Below the pieces are notes generated by a model. That model did no database searches, was not told the origin of the DNA, and saw only the letters and a program-made list of their open reading frames with translations. From Sulfolobales archaeon HS-7 (GTDB lineage: Archaea > Thermoproteota > Thermoprotei_A > Sulfolobales > Sulfolobaceae), in contig AP024596.1 of assembly GCA_019704295.1 (NCBI GenBank), positions 1,408,001 to 1,472,000 on the forward strand: 64,000 bases of DNA, given 5' to 3'. Every line of letters starts with the position of its first letter. The first letter of the stretch is position 1. Shown piece by piece: positions 55,716 to 64,000 of this stretch. Made by a program: the position numbers and the translations under genes.

Positions 55716-57223
55716 ACTCGCCTACCCCCTCCGAAGCATTGAGTTGACTGATCCCTTTGTTCTTGTCCAGGTTTACAACACACGCCTATGTAGGCTTTGA
55801 CATACATCATGGCGTTATCCACTAATTTGCTAATACTAGTAATTTCTAAGTCGTCTCTAATCGGGATGAATATAGGCCCTCTCTTTTTATCATTTATCAG
55901 AAAGCCCTCAGATACCCCTTCCTCTTTGGGTGTCCCAGATACCTTCTCTTTGGGCACATTTGGTAGAAAAGTTAGGGCGTGAACGTTAAATCCGTTTTCG
56001 GCTTTACTCACATCTAATACAACGTAAGATTGTCTTCTCGCTATCTTCTTTTCCCCAAAGAAGATGTATCCTGTAATTTTAACATGAGGTCTTACCGCCC
56101 CCCTAGATTTATCTCCTTTCCCCAAATCAATTACATCACGCAGGCGTTCCCCTAATATCTTCTTTGCCTCTTCGATATTAGGTGTTCCTTTTCCACCCTT
56201 ACCCTCTCTGGGTAATCCTAAAACCCATGTGTCTAACTTATTACCACGCTTTTCCTGATATAATCCCTTCCACTCTGCCTTAAGGATGGCCCTTCCTATA
56301 CATTCTAAGGCATGCTCCACATTTCCTGAAACAAACCCTAATTTAACGCGACTGGTGTATACCGGAAAGGTATCTGAACGAGACAGTCTCTGGTGTAAGA
56401 GGTCCTGTGGGTCGACGCTTAACTCACTCCTGTCTAATCGCTCGAACCTCCCGAACCCTCTGTTGCCCCCCTGTCCAATTCCTAATCTAGATAATGTGAA
56501 CAGAGAGGATTTAACGAATTCCTCACCCAAGGTCTTTTCTTCCCTTTCCGCCATCACCTCCACTGTGATGGACACAGTACCTGGTCTCACAGGTAAAGCC
56601 TTTATAACATTCAACAAAGCGCTCTCTTGGGAACCCTGACGATACCAAATCCTAAGCAATTTTTCCACCTTGAGAAAAACTCTTGGAATACAGAATATTG
56701 ACAGGAAATCAAATCCTTGCTTTTCATCACAGAGACCTCTGAGGCTTCCCTCAACCTCCTTCATTTTCCTCTTTAGTTCATTCTCCTCATTCAGAGCGAG
56801 GTAAGTTACCTTTTTTCTCCCCCCGTGGCCTGTACTCGACTCCTTCTTTGCAGTTTCAGGCACGACGTCGTTCACGACCTCACCTGTCTTTAAGTCCACC
56901 TTTATAGGGCTACCAGTAATGCTAACGGTAACAGCTGACTTTCTCCTCTTCTTTGAGTCCCCCGTTATGCCTAATTTCTCTAGGAAATCGTCTCCCCTAA
57001 TAGTCCTCATGAACCAAACGGTCTTACCCATCAGGGATTTCGCATCAGGTAAATTGACGTATCCGTAATTCCCCTTTACTCTGATGACGTTACCGGAGAA
57101 ATCTCCTCCCCACCAGGGAGTGTAGTTGACGAAATTCCCCCTGAAGATTACTTCTTGTTTCGCGACTCCCTTTACCTTGTTTATCATGTTCCCTATGTCT
57201 GGATTATCACTCATTAGTGTCAC
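55712..57223 (-). CDS. cmr1: CRISPR type III-B RAMP Cmr1
   Basis: TPWWGG, GIGQGGNRGFG, LGLPR, RRQS motifs. Confidence 0.9.
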   Translation of the reverse strand: MTLMSDNPDIGNMINKVKGVAKQEVIFRGNFVNYTPWWGGDFSGNVIRVKGNYGYVNLPDAKSLMGKTVWFMRTIRGDDFLEKLGITGDSKKRRKSAVTVSITGSPIKVDLKTGEVVNDVVPETAKKESSTGHGGRKKVTYLALNEENELKRKMKEVEGSLRGLCDEKQGFDFLSIFCIPRVFLKVEKLLRIWYRQGSQESALLNVIKALPVRPGTVSITVEVMAEREEKTLGEEFVKSSLFTLSRLGIGQGGNRGFGRFERLDRSELSVDPQDLLHQRLSRSDTFPVYTSRVKLGFVSGNVEHALECIGRAILKAEWKGLYQEKRGNKLDTWVLGLPREGKGGKGTPNIEEAKKILGERLRDVIDLGKGDKSRGAVRPHVKITGYIFFGEKKIARRQSYVVLDVSKAENGFNVHALTFLPNVPKEKVSGTPKEEGVSEGFLINDKKRGPIFIPIRDDLEITSISKLVDNAMMYVKAYIGVCCKPGQEQRDQSTQCFGGGRRV

Positions 57224-57683
57224 CCTGCGGCGTGAGCATTTCGCTAAGTTCCTTGACTCTTATGATCGGCGTGAGTATCTTCTTCTCTATTTTCACTTCC
57301 CGCTCCTCAATGCTCCTTATGCACTCTAAGATCAAATCCTCCCTGATTTCGTCACCACCACAACTTTCCACCTCCATACTGTTCAAGATGTAGAAAAGGG
57401 AACCGATAAACGCCGAATAGCCCTTATTGCTCTCCCCTTCCATGTCACTACATATCTTTTTGTCTTCAACCCTCGGAGATTCCGCTCTCCAATAATCGTA
57501 ATAGTACCCGATATCGGAGATCTTCCCCTTTGATAAGTAGAAAATCATGGCACCTACAAGACCTCCCTGCAGCATCAATGATGGGAAGTCCCTTGCTCTT
57601 CTCGTAAATCCTTTAATTCCCTCATCCCCGCACTTCCTCTTGACTTGGTATAACTTCTTAGCAATGTCTATAGCCAAATCCAA
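57207..57683 (-). CDS. cmr5: CRISPR type III-B small subunit Cmr5
   Basis: RARDFPSLMLQGGLVGAMIFYLSK motif; position after cmr4. Confidence 0.92.
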   Translation of the reverse strand: MDLAIDIAKKLYQVKRKCGDEGIKGFTRRARDFPSLMLQGGLVGAMIFYLSKGKISDIGYYYDYWRAESPRVEDKKICSDMEGESNKGYSAFIGSLFYILNSMEVESCGGDEIREDLILECIRSIEEREVKIEKKILTPIIRVKELSEMLTPQGDTNE

Positions 57684-57687
57684 GTTC

Positions 57688-58596
57688 TCACTCTCTAAGC
57701 AAGGAGACCTTAATAACGCCCCTTCCGATTGTCTCCTTACCGCCCAAGTTCATGTAAAATGAGTTGCCCGACTCACTTCCCGTCGCCATCTTAAGGAACT
57801 CCTTATATTGGTTGGCGAAACAGTTATCACTGCAGATCTCCTCATGGTTCCTACAGTACTTATTGACCTTAGGAAGGGAAGGCACGAGTAGTCCGAACAT
57901 TATCGTTCCTTGCGGTAAGTACTCCTCCGTCCACAATCCTCCCTCATTCGTGGTCTTCGTACTCAGGTTTATTTTATTCCTGGTCATCCTGATGTAAGCC
58001 CTCTCCAAGATCTCCGAACCCTCGTCGTCCTCTAAGACGGTAATACCGTCATTGATCTTCTCACTAAGCTTGCCCAGTCCCGTAAACATAGTCGGATTTT
58101 CGATCTTTATTAGCGGTTTCTTCAATCCCGCCACGTCGACTTCTCCGCTGGAATTTCCGTAGAACTTTTTGATTGCGGAACGTAAGCTCTCGTTGCTTGT
58201 GAGTTCCAACAGGTCCGTAACCCTGCTGATTAGGTACCGCGACGTTCCGTAAATGTACCCGTGAGTGTTACTCGGAATGGGAACTAGTAAGGGTATCAAA
58301 TCGGTCACGCTTATTACCCCACTACCCGTCTCGTCTCCCTTCTCAGGTCCGAAAAGACAACAGCATATTCCAGCCTTCTCGCAATTGATCCTTCCATCTT
58401 CGAGTGGAGAGTTGTAAAGAGTAGCACAGAACGATTTCAACGCTCCCTTAAAGGATGAGGCGTAAACTACAGGGTAGTTAAACGGATCCCTTTGCACAGG
58501 AAGATCCACAGCTCCCCCGCTCCTCCCAGCTCCTACGTGAAGTGGAGTTATTGCGTAAATAAGTATTACGTCAACCTTCTCCTTAGGGACAGACAT
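57688..58596 (-). CDS. cmr4: CRISPR type III-B RAMP Cmr4 (catalytic Asp present)
   Basis: TPLHVGAG..VDLPVQRD, SSFKGAL, LWTEEYLP, LGGKETIGRG. Confidence 0.96.
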   Translation of the reverse strand: MSVPKEKVDVILIYAITPLHVGAGRSGGAVDLPVQRDPFNYPVVYASSFKGALKSFCATLYNSPLEDGRINCEKAGICCCLFGPEKGDETGSGVISVTDLIPLLVPIPSNTHGYIYGTSRYLISRVTDLLELTSNESLRSAIKKFYGNSSGEVDVAGLKKPLIKIENPTMFTGLGKLSEKINDGITVLEDDEGSEILERAYIRMTRNKINLSTKTTNEGGLWTEEYLPQGTIMFGLLVPSLPKVNKYCRNHEEICSDNCFANQYKEFLKMATGSESGNSFYMNLGGKETIGRGVIKVSLLRE

Positions 58597-58949
58597 AGCA
58601 TTTAGATAATCCTGAAATTTAAAAAATGTATCGGTCTCATCAGCTCTTACAACTTCTACATACCCTCTATCTTGTTAAGGGTTTTCACGGTTAATCGAGG
58701 ATCAACGTGAACGTATTACGCCTAATCTCGGAAACTCCAAGAGGTAAATGTCTTTAACTTTAGTTAAGTATGCAAATAACAATAACGAAATTTACTTAAA
58801 ATTCTAAAGAGTTTTCTCAGGTTAACTTACCACTTTCACAATTGATTTACTCTAAATATGGGAAAAGCTTAAACCGACTTGCACATACTTCGCGATTTCC
58901 AGCTACTGCGCGATTCGTAATCCCCCAATAATTGCAGTCCGTGGAAGAA

Positions 58950-59168
58950 TTGGAAAGTTCCTCGCTTAAACTTTAACGTTCTCATTTCTACCCACTTATT
59001 AACACCCAGGGTATTACTATACGCGTAAACTAGGCTACTCACCTTTCTCTAAGATAAAAGTTGATCCTTTCTCCACTTCAACGAAAATTTAGCTAATTTC
59101 TACTCTCTTGAGCGAGATTTTCTCGTGCATTAGAAATTGTACCATACTTTTGGCGAAACACAACTGGA
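58950..59168 (-). mobile_element. 5' end fragment of the ISH3-like element
   Basis: Similar to 22580-22798 and to the reverse complement of 8783-9000. Confidence 0.65.
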
Positions 59169-59324
59169 TTTCATCACGGGATTTTTATAATAAGAGCAAG
59201 TGTGGTATACGACTTGTGTATTCGCGAATCATTATCACGATAAATGACTTTTTCTAAAATCAAAAATTTTATTTAAAATGTTTAGTGAGCTATCCTTTTT
59301 AATGCAAAACTAGATCATACGCAC

Positions 59325-62255
59325 GTGTCCATGAAGATATCGATTGATAACAAGGAAGCAACAGCAAATGAAGGGGAAACCATCTTATCAGTATTAAAGA
59401 GGAACGGGATATACGTACCCCACATATGTTACAATGAGGGCTTATCGCCAGTAGAGAGTTGCGATTCATGCCTAGTGGAAGTGGACAAAAGACTAGTTAG
59501 GGCTTGTTCAACAAAGGTCGAAGATGGAATGAGCATTCTAGTGAACAGTTCCAGGGCGATAAACTCTAGGAAAACTGCAATTTCCAGAATATTAAAGTAT
59601 CATAAACTCTATTGTAGTATGTGTGAAAATAACAATGGAGACTGCGAATTACATGACGCTGTAATAAAATTGGGAATAAACTCACAGAAATACGTTGAAA
59701 AACCGCACACCGTCGACGATACAGGACCCTTTTACGTTTATGATCCATCGCAATGTATACTTTGTGGGAGATGTGTTGAGGCTTGCCAGGATTTCGCAGT
59801 AAATGAGGTAATATGGATTAATTGGGATTTAAATCCTCCCCGAGTGGTCTGGGATAACGGAAATCAAATAGGGAATTCCTCATGTGTTAACTGCGGAACT
59901 TGTGTAACAGTGTGTCCTGTGAACGCTTTAATGGAGAGAACAATGCTAGGAGAAGCTGGATATCTAACGTGGATTAACAAAGAGTTAAAGAGAAGGGCGA
60001 TCGAAGCAATAGGAAAAGCTGAGGACAACTTCAGCCTGTTAATGACTTTTAGCGAAATCGAGGCAAAAGCCAGGGAAAGACAGATAAAGAGGACGAAAAC
60101 CGTTTGCGTTTACTGCGGAGTCGGTTGTTCCTTTGAGATATGGACTAAGGGGAGGAAAACACTAAAGGTGGAACCTAAGCCAGAGTCTCCAGCTAACGGA
60201 ATTCTAACGTGCGTCAAAGGGAAGTTCGGTTGGGACTTCGTTAATAGCTCAGATAGGATAACAAAACCCCTAATAAGGGAAGGAGATAGATTCAGAGAGG
60301 CGACCTGGGATGAAGCGATATCATACATTGCTAAAAGGCTAAAGGAGATAAAGGAAAAATACGGACCAGATTCCGTCGCAATCATAGCCTCAGATAAGAT
60401 GAGTAACGAGGAGGCTTACCTATTACAAAAACTAGGTAGAGCGATAGTAGGAACCAACAATGTAGATAACTCTGCAAGGTATTGCCAGGCCCCAGCCACA
60501 GTAGGGCTTTGGAGAACCGTGGGGATAGGGGCAGATTCCGGAACTATTAAGGACATAGAAATGGCTGACTTAATAATTACAGTGGGGCATAACACTACCG
60601 AAAGTCACCCCGTTATAGGAAGTAAGGTAAAGAGAGCCCAGAAAATTAGGGGGGCAAAGGTAGTTGTAATAGACGTGAGAAAGCACGAAATGGCTGAAAT
60701 GGCCGACCTATTCATAAGACCAAAACCAGGCACCGATGCGGCAATATTGGCTGCCGTTGCTAAATACATTATTGACAAAGGATGGGAAAACGCGGAGTTC
60801 ATTGAGAAGAGGGTAAAGGGATTTGATGAATTCAAGGAATCCATAAAGGGGTTCACATTAGATTACGTTGAAAGCGTTAGCGGAGTTTCAAAGGAACAAA
60901 TAATTAAATTAGCGGAAATGATACACGAAGTTAAAAACGTAGTAATATTATGGGGAATGGGAGTAACGCAGCATTTAGGAGGGGCTGATACGTCAACCAT
61001 AATATCTGACTTGCTGTTAATAACCGGAAACTACGGAAGGCCAGGGACTGGAGCGTATCCCATGAGAGGTCATAACAATGTACAAGGGGTTAGCGATTTC
61101 GGCTGTTTACCTAATTACTTACCAGGATATCAGAGATTAGACGATGAAAACGTAATAAGGAAATTCGAAGAGAGTTGGGGAGTTAGATTAAACGGAAAGC
61201 CGGGATTGCAAATACCTAAAATGATTGAGGGAGTATTAGAGGATAAAGTTCACGCCTTGTACATAGTTGGAGAGGACACCGTAATGGTGGACTGCGGAAC
61301 CCCATTGACTAAACAGGCCTTAGAGAAGGTAGACTTCTTAATAGTTCAGGACATGTTCATGACCGAAACTGCCAAATTAGCCCATGTAATATTACCGGCA
61401 GCTGCCAGCATAGAGAAAGAAGGGACATTCGTAAATACCGAGAGGAGGATTCAAAGATCCTATAAGGCCATGGAACCGTTAGGAGACTCTAAACCTGATT
61501 GGGAAATAATCCAAATGATCGCTAATGCCTTAGGGGCAAACTGGGACTATAAGCACCCCTCGGAGATAATGGATGAAATAGCTAGACTGTGTCCAATATT
61601 TGCCGGAGTTAGCTACTTAAGGTTAGAAGGATTTAATAGCCTACTATGGCCGGTACATGAGGATGGAAGCGACACTCCACTTTTATATGCTAACGCTTTC
61701 GCAACGAGAGACGGAAAGGCCGTGTTATATCCGTTAAGCTGGAAACCTCCGGAACTAAGAGATGAGGTTCATAGAGTGATCGTAAATAGCGGAAGAGTGC
61801 TAGAACACTTCCACGTAGGAAATATGACGGGAAGAGTTGAGGGATTGAGGCGAAAGGTTCCGGAAACTTTCGTTGAGGTATCAAGGGAATTGGCCGTAAA
61901 GTACTCCATAAAGAGCGGAGATCTCGTATTGGTAAAATCTAAATTTGGAGGGGAGGTAAAAGCTAGGGCTGTAGTTAGCGATAGAGTTCGAGGCGAGGAG
62001 ATATTCATACCCTTATTCGCTTCAGATCCCTCTAAAGGCGTTAATAACCTCACTGGCTTAGAAATAGACAAGGCAAGCGGTACCCCTGGATATAAGGATA
62101 CGCCGGTGGTAATAGAGAAAATAGAGGAAGGGAAGGGAGGAAGCCCGTTACCTTCAGATAATTGGAGATTTCACTTAAATGAGAGGAAAAGACAGATAGG
62201 AATAGAGGTGCAAAAGAAATGGGTGAAAGAGGAGTTCAAACCATTGACGGATTAG
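59325..62255 (+). CDS. fdhF: Formate dehydrogenase alpha subunit-like molybdopterin oxidoreductase (FdhF/YjgC type)
   Basis: N-terminal 2Fe-2S and 4Fe-4S motifs (CILCGRC, CVNCGTC), CVYCGVGC, ARYCQAP, RGHNNVQG, C-terminal Mo-bisPGD domain. Confidence 0.93.
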   Translation: MSMKISIDNKEATANEGETILSVLKRNGIYVPHICYNEGLSPVESCDSCLVEVDKRLVRACSTKVEDGMSILVNSSRAINSRKTAISRILKYHKLYCSMCENNNGDCELHDAVIKLGINSQKYVEKPHTVDDTGPFYVYDPSQCILCGRCVEACQDFAVNEVIWINWDLNPPRVVWDNGNQIGNSSCVNCGTCVTVCPVNALMERTMLGEAGYLTWINKELKRRAIEAIGKAEDNFSLLMTFSEIEAKARERQIKRTKTVCVYCGVGCSFEIWTKGRKTLKVEPKPESPANGILTCVKGKFGWDFVNSSDRITKPLIREGDRFREATWDEAISYIAKRLKEIKEKYGPDSVAIIASDKMSNEEAYLLQKLGRAIVGTNNVDNSARYCQAPATVGLWRTVGIGADSGTIKDIEMADLIITVGHNTTESHPVIGSKVKRAQKIRGAKVVVIDVRKHEMAEMADLFIRPKPGTDAAILAAVAKYIIDKGWENAEFIEKRVKGFDEFKESIKGFTLDYVESVSGVSKEQIIKLAEMIHEVKNVVILWGMGVTQHLGGADTSTIISDLLLITGNYGRPGTGAYPMRGHNNVQGVSDFGCLPNYLPGYQRLDDENVIRKFEESWGVRLNGKPGLQIPKMIEGVLEDKVHALYIVGEDTVMVDCGTPLTKQALEKVDFLIVQDMFMTETAKLAHVILPAAASIEKEGTFVNTERRIQRSYKAMEPLGDSKPDWEIIQMIANALGANWDYKHPSEIMDEIARLCPIFAGVSYLRLEGFNSLLWPVHEDGSDTPLLYANAFATRDGKAVLYPLSWKPPELRDEVHRVIVNSGRVLEHFHVGNMTGRVEGLRRKVPETFVEVSRELAVKYSIKSGDLVLVKSKFGGEVKARAVVSDRVRGEEIFIPLFASDPSKGVNNLTGLEIDKASGTPGYKDTPVVIEKIEEGKGGSPLPSDNWRFHLNERKRQIGIEVQKKWVKEEFKPLTD

Positions 62256-62575
62256 TTGAACAACTGGCTGAAAGCAAGGACGCGTTAGAGGAGTTCTTAG
62301 CCCTATTAAACGCATTGCAGAAGTCCGGAATACTGCCGCTGTTAATTGGAATAGTGGAAAAACTGGACGAGAACTTAGCTTTCTTAGCGGAACAAAACGC
62401 TATATTCATAAGGAACGTTAACGTGATTTACAGCGTTTTAAGTGGGAAGGAAGAGGTCGGTAATGTGAGTTTAGGAGAGTTAATAAGGGAACTAAACGAT
62501 CCCGATGTCAGGAGGGGATTGCACCTAGTTTTAAAGGTACTTAAGGCGATAGGTAGTGCAAGTAAGAAAAGTTAA
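62219..62575 (+). CDS. DUF1641 family protein (YjgD-like)
   Basis: LQKSGIL and LNDPDVRRGL motifs; lies between fdh and fdhD. Confidence 0.85.
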   Translation: MGERGVQTIDGLVEQLAESKDALEEFLALLNALQKSGILPLLIGIVEKLDENLAFLAEQNAIFIRNVNVIYSVLSGKEEVGNVSLGELIRELNDPDVRRGLHLVLKVLKAIGSASKKS

Positions 62576-63320
62576 TTTAACTAGGGTTAAGGAGAGGGAA
62601 GAGTTCAATGATGAGGATTTCGTGGCAGTAGAGGAGCCTTTACAGATTAGGATATGTAATGGGAGTTGCGATACTTTCGCGGTCATAATGAGGACTCCAG
62701 GAAATGATGAGGAACTCTCTTTAGGTTTCTTATACTCTGAGGGAGTGATAGATAGTGTAGAGGACGTTGAAAGCATTCAGCGAAACGGAAACGTAATGGA
62801 TGTTAGGATAAACAAACCGTTAAGGGTGAAAACCAGAGACCTAATAGTTAATTCCAGTTGCGGAGTTTGTGGAAGGGCATTCCTTTACACTATCAACATA
62901 ATAAGCTCTAAGACAAAAATTAAAAAGGAAGTGATTTTCTCCTTACCGGAGAAATTAAAGGAAAGGCAGAGCGTCTTTAACGTAACTGGAGGACTTCACG
63001 CCTCAGCCTTATTTACAATTGACGGCGAACTAATTTGCTTATACGAAGATGTCGGAAGGCACAACGCTGTAGATAAAGTAGTGGGAAGCCTCGTTTTGAA
63101 GAAAAAATTACCCGCTTATTCATATGTGATGCAAGTTAGCGGAAGAATAGGTTACGAGATCGTAAGCAAAGGAATAAAGGCGGGAATCCCAGTGATCTGT
63201 GGCATCTCAGCTCCAACTAGCCTCGCAATAGAAATGGCTGAGGAGGCTGGAGTCACGTTAATAGGCTTTCTAAGAGGGAAAAGCTTTAATATTTACACGC
63301 ATAGAGAGGCAATTTTTTGA
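62556..63320 (+). CDS. fdhD: Formate dehydrogenase accessory sulfurtransferase FdhD
   Basis: EEPL, MRTPG, SSCGVCG, TGGLHA, EDVGRHNAVDK, SAPTSLA. Confidence 0.96.
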   Translation: MQVRKVNLTRVKEREEFNDEDFVAVEEPLQIRICNGSCDTFAVIMRTPGNDEELSLGFLYSEGVIDSVEDVESIQRNGNVMDVRINKPLRVKTRDLIVNSSCGVCGRAFLYTINIISSKTKIKKEVIFSLPEKLKERQSVFNVTGGLHASALFTIDGELICLYEDVGRHNAVDKVVGSLVLKKKLPAYSYVMQVSGRIGYEIVSKGIKAGIPVICGISAPTSLAIEMAEEAGVTLIGFLRGKSFNIYTHREAIF

Positions 63321-64000
63321 ATTTTTTGTATTATTCCTGTAATTAAAAGTCAATTTTGAACCTTTGTGTAGTTATTAAAGGTATCAATAACGTTTATCAA
63401 AAATCATTAAATCACTTTACGCATTAACTCTAGCCATTTACGCGATAGAAATCAAATAAATATTTACGGGCCGTTGAGGGGTTCTGGTGTTGCATCCCAT
63501 TTAGGTATGTAATCTGGGTTAGATACCCTTCATGTTCTATGTTTACATAACCTACCATTCTTCTGTAGCTGTATTACCGTCGTTACTCACACCGATCCTA
63601 TAATATTTAATGCCATTAACATGATGAGCACTTACTCACTTTGTATCAAATATTTTACCATTAGCCGGGAATCGGTCAGAATTCTCCGGACATATTTCCC
63701 GTAATTATGCCCAGGAAATAGAGTATAGAAGCAATAAAATACCCTATTATCTCCGGAATGTTGAAACTGATTGATACTTTTTTCCTTATTTATACTAAAG
63801 AATTAAATCTTTAATTAATGCCTCGTTTATTAGCAATCTTCACAAAGCATGTACTTTAACATTCGTTACGCTTAATGGAAATTTGGAGCAAAATGATCTA
63901 AGAGCTATGAAATGCTAATCTACTTCCGTAATAATGGTCCGAAATAATCTTAATGTAATGAAAAAACTTAACTTAGAAGAGCAGTAGAATAAACTAATGA

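Noticed and set aside
51080-57997. Plus-strand ORFs antisense to the cmr genes (likewise antisense ORFs over the helicase, AAA ATPase, fdh and GTs)
   Set aside because: Shadow frames of well-supported genes with no motifs.

Overview
Crenarchaeal DNA, most likely Sulfolobales (inferred from leaderless genes behind TATA boxes, VapBC pairs, ISC-like IS/MITE debris and the Cmr sequences). (1) About 1-31 kb: an AT-rich cell-surface glycosylation island with GT2/GT4 glycosyltransferases, a Wzx-like flippase, FkbM and class I methyltransferases and a large membrane protein. It is interspersed with decayed IS5- and ISH3-like elements, a ~360-bp MITE family, pseudogenes and TA/defence-like pairs (RHH + aspartic protease, ABC-ATPase + TOPRIM, decaying vapBC). 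(2) About 31-59 kb: a defence region with a large SF2 helicase, a multi-pass membrane protein and two divergently oriented CRISPR arrays. The arrays share a 30-bp repeat (GTTTGTAGCTTTCCTATGAGGGCTTGAAAC) and near-identical 205-bp inverted leaders, and they enclose an unknown 154-aa gene and a Zn-ribbon/TPR-like AAA+ ATPase. A complete type III-B operon (cmr4-5-1-6-2-3) follows, whose Cas10 has an intact GGDD motif but a degenerate HD domain. No cas1/cas2/cas4/cas6 or CARF effector is visible in the window. (3) About 59-63 kb: a formate dehydrogenase alpha / DUF1641 / fdhD operon. Notable fine-scale signals: an apparent off-register spacer integration inside array 2 (exact 30-bp duplication around a 39-bp insert), a similar 24-bp duplication + 39-bp in-frame insert in cas10, and an (AT)6 frameshift in a methyltransferase. 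Repeat counts and IS/MITE boundaries were read by eye.
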